The notes below the pieces were generated by a model that was not told where the DNA came from, did not search any database, and saw nothing but the letters and a program-made list of their open reading frames with translations. Shown here one piece after another: positions 19,757-29,215 of a stretch of DNA of 64,000 nucleotides. The stretch comes from Minisyncoccota bacterium. GTDB taxonomy: Bacteria; Patescibacteriota; Minisyncoccia; Phycocordibacterales; UBA6899. The position numbers were made by a program, and so were the translations under genes. The stretch covers positions 36,610-100,609 of the forward strand of contig DATEZQ010000008.1 of assembly GCA_035583355.1 (NCBI GenBank), in the 5' to 3' direction. Numbering within the stretch: position 1 is the stretch's first letter; every line of letters begins with the position of its first letter.

Positions 19757-20170
19757 ATGGAATCCAAAAATGAACTGATACCTTGGAAGAGAACTCTTGA
19801 TGGGCTCTATCACGCAACATTCCCAAAGCACATCTCCGTGGGAAATTTGGTGACCATGTGGGCGGAGATATTCAATGACTACTCGGAGCACTTTGCGGGA
19901 GCTGGCCCCCTACTTATCATCGTTGATGGGTCAAAGGTTGAACGCTATGAAGAGCAAGCAATATCAATATCAAACTTGCATGTCATTCCAGGGAATACAG
20001 AAGCACTGGTTGCAGTGCATAGCAGATCGCCTGCATACATACAACTCTCAAACAGTTTTTTTCGCACTCACCCACTACCTTCGAACGTGCGCTACTTCGA
20101 CAACGAACAATCTGCGCGCAATTGGCTAGAGCAGACTCTCGATAAATACAACAAAAGTTTTCATGTATAA
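19757..20170 (+). CDS. Hypothetical protein (137 aa), possibly an alpha/beta fold
   Basis: Clean ORF ending at a bidirectional terminator shared with the convergent gene. No family recognised. Confidence 0.45.
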   Translation: MESKNELIPWKRTLDGLYHATFPKHISVGNLVTMWAEIFNDYSEHFAGAGPLLIIVDGSKVERYEEQAISISNLHVIPGNTEALVAVHSRSPAYIQLSNSFFRTHPLPSNVRYFDNEQSARNWLEQTLDKYNKSFHV

Positions 20171-20192
20171 AAAGCCCCACAAGACGGGGCTT

Positions 20193-20627
20193 TTACACAC
20201 GTGTCGATGCGAAGTAGTACTCTGGAGTCCACAGTGTACTCACAGGAAAAAGTCGAAGCGCAGGTTTCTCTTCCCAGGAAGTGAGACCAAACACATGCCG
20301 CGAAGGCCCAAGGTCAATCAACGAACCAAGTGCAATGACGGGAAGGAGTAACTGCACATCTGTGTGCTGTTCTCCAAATTCCAATAATTCGATCGCTTCA
20401 AGGGGTCTACGTAAACGTGCATGCATTGACCAGAGTATGCCATCCGAACTCGACAATTCCTTCGTTCCAAAAAGATCAACAGGGATGGTCTTGGTACCCG
20501 TCTCCTTTGTACGGATTTGACGTAAAACAATATCCGAAATGAAATTTATGTATGCATCATCGCGCAATATTTTCTCTATATCCCTATCGTAATCGACGAT
20601 GACGGGATATGTTGCCCGAATAGACAT
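20193..20627 (-). CDS. Hypothetical protein (144 aa)
   Basis: Clean ORF. Its stop codon lies inside the bidirectional hairpin aaaagccccacaagacggggctttt at 20169-20195. No family recognised. Confidence 0.45.
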   Translation of the reverse strand: MSIRATYPVIVDYDRDIEKILRDDAYINFISDIVLRQIRTKETGTKTIPVDLFGTKELSSSDGILWSMHARLRRPLEAIELLEFGEQHTDVQLLLPVIALGSLIDLGPSRHVFGLTSWEEKPALRLFPVSTLWTPEYYFASTRV

Positions 20628-20716
20628 GGGAACCTCCCCTCATCACTTCTCTTCGAATTGTATCACAACAAACTTTGTATTAAAAAACATGAAGCGAGGC
20701 TTCATGTTTTTTAATA

Positions 20717-21490
20717 CTACTTAGCGATATCCTGAAGAACACATACTCCATGCCCCTCTGGCTTTACATCGCGATAAATTCGTTCAATGAGTCCATCAGG
20801 CCCGACGACGAATGTTGTACGCTTGTTGAACAAGCCACCCCAGACACCGCAAGCTTTTGCAAAGGCATGACCCTCGTCAACGAGTAGCGGATAAGTAATC
20901 CCTTCCTTCGCGATGAAATGTTCATGACTTTCCAGAGAATCAGGAGACACTCCAAAGACGCGCACGTTTTGAATACCAAACTCTCCGGCGAGCTTTGAAA
21001 ACTCATGAGCCTCTGTTGTGCATCCCGATGTTTCATCCTTCGGGTAAAAATACATGACATAGCGTGAGCCAAGCAAATCGGCATTGGTAGTAGTGCCCCC
21101 TTCGGTCGAAAGCAAAGCGAATGAAGGAAATACACTCCCCACGTCGAGTACGCCCGGCGTGAGTGGCTGTGCACTCGCGACAGATTCAGACATATGTTTT
21201 ATTTCTTCTTTGATAAGCGCGTTTGCAATCGTCGATTTCGCCTTCACGGTCTTCACTTTCTTAGGCGCAACTTTTTTCGCAGTGACCTTCTTCGCAACTG
21301 AAGCCTTTACAACTTTCGCCTTCTTGGCTGCGACTTTCTTTGCTGTGACTTTTTTCACTGCGGCAACCTTCTTCTTCGGAGCGGCCTTCTTCGCAGTAAT
21401 ATGTTTCGATGTGACACGCTCAACAACCAGTCGTGTAGGTGGCTGCTTTTTCTTTTCAACGTGTCGTGTGATAGTGAGTTTGATTGCCAT
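20717..21490 (-). CDS. bcp: Bcp-type peroxiredoxin (thiol peroxidase) with a ~100-aa N-terminal histone-H1-like Lys/Ala-rich extension
   Basis: C-terminal Prx motif YFYPKDETSGCTTEAHEF plus the rest of an AhpC/TSA fold. N-terminal AKKAAPKKKVAAVKKVTAKKVAAKKAKVVKASVAKKVTAKKVAPKKVKTVKAKS in the same frame with no stops. Confidence 0.8.
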   Translation of the reverse strand: MAIKLTITRHVEKKKQPPTRLVVERVTSKHITAKKAAPKKKVAAVKKVTAKKVAAKKAKVVKASVAKKVTAKKVAPKKVKTVKAKSTIANALIKEEIKHMSESVASAQPLTPGVLDVGSVFPSFALLSTEGGTTTNADLLGSRYVMYFYPKDETSGCTTEAHEFSKLAGEFGIQNVRVFGVSPDSLESHEHFIAKEGITYPLLVDEGHAFAKACGVWGGLFNKRTTFVVGPDGLIERIYRDVKPEGHGVCVLQDIAK

Positions 21491-21580
21491 AGAGATAAAT
21501 GTTTATCATTAAGCTGCTCGTAGTATATCACGAAGACACTCTGTCTGCAGTATTTTATAGTATCAAAAGCAAAAACCGCC

Positions 21581-22564
21581 TTATGAGGCGGTTTTTGATG
21601 AACGGAGTTTTGCAATAAGCATGTCGCGAAATGCCTTTATGGAGACATCATCGATGACCGAAATTGCATAGATTTCATGGCCGAGCTTCGCAAGTTTCTT
21701 CTTTGCAGCTTCGACAGTCTTCTCATCAACGAGATCGGTCTTTGTAAGCAAGATGATCTCTTCCTTCTCAGGAAGACCATTACCGAAACTTTCAAGCTCC
21801 TTACGCATCGTATTGTATGCGGCAAGCACATCCTCATTCTCAAGTGAGATGAGATGGAGCAACATCTTTGTGCGTGAGACATGGCGAAGGAATTTGATAC
21901 CAAGACCCTTACCCGTCGCAGCACCTTCGATGAGTCCAGGAATATCCGCGAGGACATAACCATAGAATGCACCAAGGTTTGGCTCGAGCGTCGTAAATTG
22001 ATAGGCACCGATCTTTGCAGTCGCATTCGTCAGCTCATTCAAGAGTGATGACTTTCCTGCGTTTGGAAAACCAAGGAAGCCAACATCGACGACGAGGCGC
22101 AATTCGAGATGGACATCAGACTGCTCTCCAGGCTTGCCTGGAGTAGCACGATCTGGAGAGCGATTTGTTGAGCTCTTGAAGCGCTCATTACCAAGTCCAC
22201 CACGACCACCCTCAAGAAGGAGAATCGGTTCGTCCTCAGTAAGGACATCAAAAACCTTACCTGAATCAAGAAGCGTAACGACAGTTCCAACAGGAACTAC
22301 GAGCGTGAAATCTTTTCCATTGCGACCAAAGAGTGAATCACTTCCTCCGTCAACGCCACGCTCTGCATCAAATTCCTTCTGGTGACGATATTTGTAGAGT
22401 AGACCAAGGTCGCGTGATCCCATCACGTACACATTTCCTCCATTACCACCATCTCCGCCTGCAGGACCAGCATACTCCTTCCCCTTATCGTGACGCCAAC
22501 GGACAACACCGTTTCCACCGTCACCCGCCGCCATATGTATTGTCAGTTCATCTACGAAAGCCAT
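21581..22564 (-). CDS. obg: GTPase Obg
   Basis: The Obg fold N-terminus MAFVDELTIHMAAGDGGNG…GGDGGNGGNVYV, followed by the G-domain GFPNAGKSSLLN. Confidence 0.95.
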   Translation of the reverse strand: MAFVDELTIHMAAGDGGNGVVRWRHDKGKEYAGPAGGDGGNGGNVYVMGSRDLGLLYKYRHQKEFDAERGVDGGSDSLFGRNGKDFTLVVPVGTVVTLLDSGKVFDVLTEDEPILLLEGGRGGLGNERFKSSTNRSPDRATPGKPGEQSDVHLELRLVVDVGFLGFPNAGKSSLLNELTNATAKIGAYQFTTLEPNLGAFYGYVLADIPGLIEGAATGKGLGIKFLRHVSRTKMLLHLISLENEDVLAAYNTMRKELESFGNGLPEKEEIILLTKTDLVDEKTVEAAKKKLAKLGHEIYAISVIDDVSIKAFRDMLIAKLRSSKTAS

Positions 22565-22710
22565 AATATATTAGTGAGCATAAACACCGCCTTATTGCGG
22601 TGCGTATGTAGTGACCACAAAATAACACAAAATGATAGTTTTGTCGAGCCTGTATACTCCTCTCTGCACGTCGGAACATTATAAATTCCACACCCATTGG
22701 CGTGGAATTT

Positions 22711-23673
22711 TTATTCGAGCGCAAGACGCGCGAGCGCAATCGCTGCTTCTTTTGTTTTTGCAATAGCAAGAAATCCTTTCTTGTGACAAAAGACAGAACC
22801 TGGGATTCCAGTAACCGCTTCAAGATCAGGCCCCATAAGTCCACACCATGCTGCAGGAAGTTGCTTGCGACTATCAAATGTATTCACATCACTACGCACC
22901 GCCTCAACACGCCACGAAGTATCTGTATCTGGAGAAAATCTTGGAGACACGACAAAAAGTGGCTCAGGAAATTTTGCAACTTCTTCCTCCCAAGGAAGAT
23001 CACGCTCAATGACGATGACGCGCTTGTCTTCCTCATGAGTCAATAACTCCCGAACAAGGCGCGAACCTTCCTCATCATCACGTGCAACCGCAAGCTCACG
23101 CTCCATGAAACGTTTTGCAAGTGGAAGAAGTTCTGCGAACTGTACGTCGATACTGACCCCCGCCTCCTTTTCTTTCCATGTAGGATGAAATGCAAACACG
23201 ATGTGATGAAAGAGTAATGGCTGTACACCAGGAAGAATTGTATTGTACGTACTCAGCCCATTGTCGCCAGCATCAACGGGAAATGCAATCTTTTTCTCAA
23301 TAGTTTCCCATGCAAGATTATCTCCATTGCAAAGCTCTAAACCAAAGTATTTCCAAATAAGCCCAAATGATGAGTATGGTATCCCATTGCGCTCGCCCCC
23401 ACCATCACGCTGGTGATGATCAAAGCGTCCTTCATGAGGAACAAGCGTCCCACCGACATCACAAACAATATCAGCTGCATTGATAACCTCAGAATCGCGT
23501 GATCGATTCACGACATAGGAAAGACCCATCCGATCGAGATAAATCTGCAGTGTTGCAACGGCAAGTAATTCATCGGCATGGAATGAGCCCGAATGTGTCA
23601 CGATACGGACAGGCCTATCGGAAGGAAGTGGACATGGTGAATTCATGTTTTCATTATACGTGACATACATCAT
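22711..23673 (-). CDS. MYG1/UPF0160 family metal-dependent hydrolase
   Basis: IVTHSGSFHADELLAV and the DHHQ motifs characteristic of UPF0160/MYG1. Confidence 0.7.
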   Translation of the reverse strand: MMYVTYNENMNSPCPLPSDRPVRIVTHSGSFHADELLAVATLQIYLDRMGLSYVVNRSRDSEVINAADIVCDVGGTLVPHEGRFDHHQRDGGGERNGIPYSSFGLIWKYFGLELCNGDNLAWETIEKKIAFPVDAGDNGLSTYNTILPGVQPLLFHHIVFAFHPTWKEKEAGVSIDVQFAELLPLAKRFMERELAVARDDEEGSRLVRELLTHEEDKRVIVIERDLPWEEEVAKFPEPLFVVSPRFSPDTDTSWRVEAVRSDVNTFDSRKQLPAAWCGLMGPDLEAVTGIPGSVFCHKKGFLAIAKTKEAAIALARLALE

Positions 23674-23738
23674 GCGTCCAATTCTGGCAACACGATGTAA
23701 CTCATATGGTATAATAGTATAGTAACAATATATTACAT

Positions 23739-24251
23739 ATGGAATTCACATTACTTCTTGGAACCGCGCGTCCCGGTAGGCAATCAGAGCGCGTCGCACG
23801 ATTCATAGAGAAAACACTTATAAATAACAGCCATCAAGTTGATTTTGTCGATGTCAAAGACTATCTCGATATCACAACAAAAATGGGCGGGGTACCTCTT
23901 TCCGATAGCATTGGGAGCAAGTGGAGAGAAATCGTCGCACAAAAGAAAACTCTACTTATTGTTTCTCCTGAATACAACCACAGCTTCCCCGGGGAACTTA
24001 AGCGACTTATTGATGCGGCCTATCCCGAGTACAAAGGCAAGCATGTCGGTATTATCGGTGTCTCAATGGGCCCCTTTGGCGGCGCGCGCATGATAGAACA
24101 GCTCCAACTTGTGCTTATTGCCTGCGGGGCACTACTCCCCCGTGCAGGGATGATATTTCCTTTTGTCCAAGAATTGTTTAATGATGACGGGAGTATCAAA
24201 GACCCTGCATATACCGACCGAGTGCTTGCATTTATAAAGACCCTCGAATAA
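23739..24251 (+). CDS. NADPH-dependent FMN reductase-like flavoprotein
   Basis: Flavodoxin-like fold with …LLIVSPEYNHSFPGELKRLID… as in the NADPH-dependent FMN reductase family. Confidence 0.7.
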   Translation: MEFTLLLGTARPGRQSERVARFIEKTLINNSHQVDFVDVKDYLDITTKMGGVPLSDSIGSKWREIVAQKKTLLIVSPEYNHSFPGELKRLIDAAYPEYKGKHVGIIGVSMGPFGGARMIEQLQLVLIACGALLPRAGMIFPFVQELFNDDGSIKDPAYTDRVLAFIKTLE

Positions 24252-24274
24252 TACCTGCAACTCAGCTCGTTATC

Positions 24275-24643
24275 GTGTATACTATTTCTATGATGAAACT
24301 ACTAGTGAAGTGGGCAACATTGACCGTTGCCATCTATATACTTGCCACATACACCCCCGCAATGACCATCGCTGAGCCGAAGGTTGCGGTATTTGCAGCG
24401 CTTGCACTTGGATTATTGAATACACTCGTGCGTCCTATTCTCAAGCTCTTCGCGCTTCCGATTACGCTACTCACATTCGGACTCTTCTCGATCATCATCA
24501 ATGGCCTCATGCTTATCTTCGTACCGAAGTTCGTTAATGGAGTCACCATCAATGGATTCTGGTGGGGTGTCGCAGGTGCTGCGATCATCAGCTTGATAAC
24601 CTCGATCATGAATCGACTCCTACTTGGATCTGAAGAAGCGTAA
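24275..24643 (+). CDS. Phage-holin-4-like / DUF360 small membrane protein
   Basis: Four hydrophobic helices with the pattern VRPILKLFALPITLLTFGLFSIIINGLML, typical of the holin family 4 (YqeZ-like) membrane proteins. Confidence 0.45.
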   Translation: MYTISMMKLLVKWATLTVAIYILATYTPAMTIAEPKVAVFAALALGLLNTLVRPILKLFALPITLLTFGLFSIIINGLMLIFVPKFVNGVTINGFWWGVAGAAIISLITSIMNRLLLGSEEA

Positions 24644-24651
24644 AAATATCA

Positions 24652-25536
24652 TCACTCCGCGAGAGTGATGTTATTTTTATGCTTCGCTAATATCCCCTCT
24701 TCAAGAAGTTCATCGATTGCCGCCTTCCCGTCATATGGAGTATCCGCGAAGAATGCTTCTGCAGCTTTTCTTGAAAGTGTTCCTTCTGCAACAAGTGCCT
24801 TAAGGAGCGCTCCTCGATAGGAGCGTTTCGAACCTTTGAATTTTGATTGTGGCTTCTTGTAGACGAAATCATCGACATCACCATGAAAATCGAACATAGG
24901 GCATGCATCACTATGACGCCTTGCTGTACATACCATCGCACCAAGATCGAGCATCGCATAATTCCATGCGCGTCCGCGACCCGTAGGAATCATCGCCTGT
25001 GCAAAATCAAAGAGCACTGCGTCGCTCGGAATATCGCCATCAAAGAATGAGCGTACAAGTATACGACGTAGATTCGTATCAATCATTGGGTAAGGCTCGT
25101 TCCAGGCGAATGCCATGATGGCAGCTGCCGTTGAGCGACCGATGCCAGGCAATGACTGCAACTTCGTAAAGTCACGAGGGAATTTTCCATCATGCTCACT
25201 AACTACTGCTTTCGCAGCTTGGTGCAAGTATTTCGCGCGGCGATTATATCCAAGACCGGACCAAAGACGAAGCACATCTCTTAGTGGTGCTCGCGCAAGC
25301 ATACTCACATCAGGAAAACGCAGAATGAATTCTGCAAACTTCGTGCGCACGCGATCCACCTGCGTCTGCTGCAACATAATCTCGGAAACAAGAATCCGGT
25401 AGGGATCGAGCATCACCTTCGTATCACGCTTCTTTGGCCTCCAATCCATCGGACGATATACGTTATTGTTCCACGCAAAGAGTATTTCATTGAATTCTTG
25501 GACACGCTTATTCACCTCCACAGCATAATCGTTCAT
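24652..25536 (-). CDS. HhH-GPD DNA glycosylase, MutY/Nth-like
   Basis: LDPYRILVSEIMLQQTQV plus the helix-hairpin-helix LPGIGRSTAAAIMAFAW and the catalytic-Asp region. C-terminal extension present. Confidence 0.75.
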   Translation of the reverse strand: MNDYAVEVNKRVQEFNEILFAWNNNVYRPMDWRPKKRDTKVMLDPYRILVSEIMLQQTQVDRVRTKFAEFILRFPDVSMLARAPLRDVLRLWSGLGYNRRAKYLHQAAKAVVSEHDGKFPRDFTKLQSLPGIGRSTAAAIMAFAWNEPYPMIDTNLRRILVRSFFDGDIPSDAVLFDFAQAMIPTGRGRAWNYAMLDLGAMVCTARRHSDACPMFDFHGDVDDFVYKKPQSKFKGSKRSYRGALLKALVAEGTLSRKAAEAFFADTPYDGKAAIDELLEEGILAKHKNNITLAE

Positions 25537-25605
25537 CCGCTGGAACGCAAATAGAAAAACACACACGATAAATCGTGTGTGTTTTCAGTATGTTTCTTCA
25601 CCTTT

Positions 25606-25935
25606 CTACTGGACTGGAGCGACAGGCTCTAGCGGAGCTGGAGCAGTCACCGCATTTACTACCGGTACCACCTCATTGCGAGCCTCAGTAACCGTTGCAT
25701 TCTGAGGCACATTGCGTCGCATCAGAATCCTCTGCATGCCGCTTCCTTCCTCACGATCATAGCGAGTTCCAAAGCGGCTTCCGCCCATCATCGAGTAAGT
25801 GCTGCGTCCGCGACCGTCGCGATAATCACGACCCTCATAGCCGACAGCGACTCCTGCGAGACCGCCAATCAATCCTCCAAGTACAAATGTGCCGAGAAGC
25901 AGAAGGCCCATCTTCTTATCAATATGGAAATCCAT
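25606..25935 (-). CDS. Small membrane protein with a glycine-zipper TM
   Basis: LLLLGTFVLGGLIGGLAGVAVG followed by an R/G/Y-rich segment. Confidence 0.4.
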   Translation of the reverse strand: MDFHIDKKMGLLLLGTFVLGGLIGGLAGVAVGYEGRDYRDGRGRSTYSMMGGSRFGTRYDREEGSGMQRILMRRNVPQNATVTEARNEVVPVVNAVTAPAPLEPVAPVQ

Positions 25936-26015
25936 AAAAAATATTTAGCGTGTAAATATGCAGAAGCATATCAGATACACTCTACAATATCGACGTGAAG
26001 AACACGTGAAGCAGA

Positions 26016-26276
26016 TTACTGCACCACAGCACCTGGCAGTGCATTTGCCTTACCCATATGCTTCTTTGCAATTCTTGCTTTCTTTGTTGTATGCTTACGT
26101 GTCTTGTAAGACACGCTGTCCGTACTGCCTTCGATAAAGGTGGTCTTACCTGGTCCGATATCGTGCATCTTTCCAACAGTTGCCGCAAGTGCAGAATTAC
26201 TGAAACCGAGTGCACTCAAACCAAACGCGGTAACCATCACCATGGTGGTGAATTTTTCTCTCTTGTATGGTCTCAT
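26016..26276 (-). CDS. Small secreted basic protein
   Basis: Signal peptide (…MVMVTAFGLSALGFSNSALAA) followed by a Lys-rich tail. Confidence 0.4.
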   Translation of the reverse strand: MRPYKREKFTTMVMVTAFGLSALGFSNSALAATVGKMHDIGPGKTTFIEGSTDSVSYKTRKHTTKKARIAKKHMGKANALPGAVVQ

Positions 26277-26421
26277 CGTTTTATCTTAAACTTATAAGAC
26301 GAAGTATTGGAGTAATTCCGAATACTACGATACCAAACATGTCATGAGTCACTCATATGACCCTGACTCTATAAGTATAGATAGCCAAGATGAAGCAAAG
26401 ATGAGCCCATTAAGGGCTCAA

Positions 26422-27558
26422 CTAGGCTATGGGGAGACGAATATGAACCACCGTCCCTACCCCCTCCTCACTCTCAATTGTAATCGTACCACCGTGACGC
26501 TCGATAATTTGACGCACAATTGGCAAGCCAAGCCCTGATCCAGATTCTTCGTTGCGTGAATGTGATGCTTTGTAGAATCGATCGAAAATATGAGGAATAT
26601 CCTTTTCTGAGATTCCAACACCAGTATCCTTGATCGTAATATTATACATAGATCCCCTCTGTGTGGAGCTCAGCGATATCTTTCCATGTTCATGAGTATA
26701 ATTGAGTGCGTTTTGCAATATATTTTGTATTGCACGCTCAAGCTGATACTGTTCCCCTCTTATGACACCATCGGTTATCAACTCATATGAGAAATCAATC
26801 TGTTTTTGTGCTGCGCGCGCCATGATCTTTTTGGATGCCTTTTGCAATAACTCTCCAATCTGCACATCCGAAAACATCGTCTTATTCGGCTCCTCTTCGG
26901 TGCGTGCCATCATCAGCAAATCATCAACAAGGCGAGACATCTTGTCTATCTCTTCGAGATTACTTTGAATGACCTCTTTGAACTCTACGTGATCTTGTGA
27001 GCCAGTCTGCAAGAGTACTTGGGATTCACTTTTCATGATTGCGAGCGGAGTTCGAAGATCATGTGACGCATCAGCAAGAAATCGCTTTTGAATATTTACA
27101 TTCTCCTGAATTGGTCGCAATGTCCTCCCTGCGATGATATATCCAAGGAGCGCAACAAGAAAAAGCAGGATACCGTCTGCAATAACGATATTTCGTTCAA
27201 TATCATCAACCGTGCGTCGGAACACCTTAAATCTATTCATCTGCAAGCTTGGATATATTTTCGGTATTCGGAATTCTTGTGGAGGGCGAATTGGGCTACG
27301 CTGTTGAAAAGCCTGGTGTGTAAGCAAGGGAGAAACAATAGTCACTTCGTCTGGCAATAGAAATTCATCAGCGACCACCATGCGTGCATTACGTTCAAGC
27401 GATATAATCAAAGCCACGCTAAAAAGCCCAATGATTGCCATCGTTATTGTGGTATAGAAAATCGTGAGCCTAATACGAGCAACCTCAAAAGGGCTCCTGC
27501 GGAGTTTATGTTTTAAGGCGGTAGCCAACGCCATGAACTGTTTCAAATAGTGTTTCAT
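26422..27558 (-). CDS. Sensor histidine kinase (2 TM, HAMP, HisKA, HATPase_c)
   Basis: H-box FLADASHDLRTPLAIMKSE. Further along, the G boxes …GSGLGLPIVRQI…. Overlaps the 3' end of the upstream response regulator gene. Confidence 0.9.
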   Translation of the reverse strand: MKHYLKQFMALATALKHKLRRSPFEVARIRLTIFYTTITMAIIGLFSVALIISLERNARMVVADEFLLPDEVTIVSPLLTHQAFQQRSPIRPPQEFRIPKIYPSLQMNRFKVFRRTVDDIERNIVIADGILLFLVALLGYIIAGRTLRPIQENVNIQKRFLADASHDLRTPLAIMKSESQVLLQTGSQDHVEFKEVIQSNLEEIDKMSRLVDDLLMMARTEEEPNKTMFSDVQIGELLQKASKKIMARAAQKQIDFSYELITDGVIRGEQYQLERAIQNILQNALNYTHEHGKISLSSTQRGSMYNITIKDTGVGISEKDIPHIFDRFYKASHSRNEESGSGLGLPIVRQIIERHGGTITIESEEGVGTVVHIRLPIA

Positions 27559-28177
27559 TTTTTTGCTGTAACTTCTTTCGAAGATTTTTCACGTGCACAT
27601 CAATGACATTAGATAGTCCATCATACGCGAAGTCCCAGGCATGACCAAGAATCTTCTCGCGAGTCAGTGCTTCGTTCGGGTGCCTCATGAACTGCTCAAG
27701 GATTGCAAATTCCTTTGCTGTAAGAGAAACTTCTTTTCCATTGCGTGTCACGATACGCGTCACTGGATTAAGTATGATTCCTCGCACCTCTATTTCTGTA
27801 ACGAATTTCTCTGTCGGCCTGCGCAAGAGCGCCTGCACACGAGCAGCGAGCTCTGGAAAATCAAACGGCTTCACAAGATAGTCATCTGCACCAACATTGA
27901 GACCTTCGACCTTGTCATCAAGTGCATCCTTTGCGGTAAGCATGATGATAGGAAGCGTAGCACCTTTCCCGCGAAGTGTTCTGCAGATATCCATGCCGTC
28001 CATACCCGGTAACATGCGGTCGAGAATGAGTAGGTCGTAATCAGCATGATCAAATTCAAGCCGACGCATCGCCTCACTTCCATTATGGATCATATCCACA
28101 GCATACCCAAAATGCTCCAGACCTTTTTTGACGGAGCGCGCAAGCTTTTCCTGATCCTCAATAATAAGTATCCTCAT
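27506..28177 (-). CDS. OmpR-family response regulator
   Basis: MRILIIEDQ…DLLILDRMLPGMDG REC domain plus a C-terminal winged helix (…VHVKNLRKKL…GVGYRL). Confidence 0.9.
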   Translation of the reverse strand: MRILIIEDQEKLARSVKKGLEHFGYAVDMIHNGSEAMRRLEFDHADYDLLILDRMLPGMDGMDICRTLRGKGATLPIIMLTAKDALDDKVEGLNVGADDYLVKPFDFPELAARVQALLRRPTEKFVTEIEVRGIILNPVTRIVTRNGKEVSLTAKEFAILEQFMRHPNEALTREKILGHAWDFAYDGLSNVIDVHVKNLRKKLQQKNETLFETVHGVGYRLKT

Positions 28178-28297
28178 ATACAACAACTATGCCTCATACG
28201 AATGAAGAATTTATGAACACAACTTCGTTCTCAATGATTCGTACGTAGCATACTCCGCACAGGCCACTTTGCAACCAAAATAGGCCATAAGGCCTAT

Positions 28298-28762
28298 TTA
28301 TTCTACGATGATCGTACCATAGCTTTTTGGCGAAAGATGGTCGTGATACTGCCACGTACCTGGAATATCAAACTGAAAATCCCATGTTTCACCCGATGGG
28401 ATACCCCTACAAGCGTCGAATGTACTTCCGAGGCATCCTCCCGTCGTAGGATATTCATTATGTGTGGGATGCTTTGCAGACGCTGGCCACATTTTATTTG
28501 AACTACTGTTGATGAAAGTAACTACTGTGCCAACTTTTACGCGCAGTGGATTTGGTGTATACCCTCCATCGGTATAAAGAATGGCATTGGGGCTTTGCAG
28601 AGGCTGAACTATTGCTTGGTCCTCGGCTTGTGCAGGCGCAAGGCCTTCTGCTGGTACAATCCTCTGATCAGCCTGATTACGATTACTATCACGGAAGTAT
28701 GCATAGAGCGCAACCCCAATAATACCGAAGGTGATAATGACAATGATGGAATATTTATTCAT
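28298..28762 (-). CDS. Membrane-anchored cupredoxin-fold protein (no Cys ligand)
   Basis: TM anchor, then VKVGTVVTFINSSSNKMW … WQYHDHLSPKSYGTIIV, resembling a cupredoxin/EfeO-N-terminal-like beta sandwich that lacks the type-1 Cu cysteine. Confidence 0.45.
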   Translation of the reverse strand: MNKYSIIVIITFGIIGVALYAYFRDSNRNQADQRIVPAEGLAPAQAEDQAIVQPLQSPNAILYTDGGYTPNPLRVKVGTVVTFINSSSNKMWPASAKHPTHNEYPTTGGCLGSTFDACRGIPSGETWDFQFDIPGTWQYHDHLSPKSYGTIIVE

Positions 28763-29135
28763 GGACGTGGAGAAGTTTACGCGCGAGTGGTTCGGGTAAT
28801 GATTCGAGCATAAGTGCCAACGCAGCAGCAAGTAATCCTATGTCACGAACAGTAATATCAGTGATTCCACTCACCACAAGTACAATTGCTATATGCAAGG
28901 CGCCAAGCGCAGCGGCGAGAGGGATCACTACTCCAAGCGCGAGTAATGCACCGATGACGATATCAATCACGCCAGTCACGAGCATCATGGGTTCAGTCGC
29001 AAATGGAATCAATCCTGACGCCCATCCCTCTATATACCCTCCCCACATAAGTGGCTGCATGATAATGAGGACCCCAATCCAGATAAATGTAATGGCGAGC
29101 CCGACACGTAATATGTGTAATGGTATTTTTCTCAT
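28755..29135 (-). CDS. DoxX-like small membrane protein
   Basis: Four TM helices with a DoxX-like pattern (…ITFIWIGVLIIMQPL…). Start assigned to the internal Met. Confidence 0.5.
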   Translation of the reverse strand: MRKIPLHILRVGLAITFIWIGVLIIMQPLMWGGYIEGWASGLIPFATEPMMLVTGVIDIVIGALLALGVVIPLAAALGALHIAIVLVVSGITDITVRDIGLLAAALALMLESLPEPLARKLLHVHE

Positions 29136-29215
29136 GTTACTATGCTTATGTATAGTATTATAACCCCTACTTGTGAAATGGCAAAGCAAAAGACTCCCCA
29201 AGGGGAGCCTTACTG

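Noticed and set aside
21084-21512. 142-aa plus-strand ORF rich in AFTTFAFLAATFF repeats
   Set aside because: Antisense reading of the Lys/Ala-rich repeat of the Bcp fusion gene.
27506-27558. 53-bp overlap between the response regulator and the downstream kinase gene
   Set aside because: Considered a possible frameshift or fusion. More likely the kinase starts at the internal Met (MALATAL), leaving a ~29-bp overlap. No evidence of disruption in either domain.
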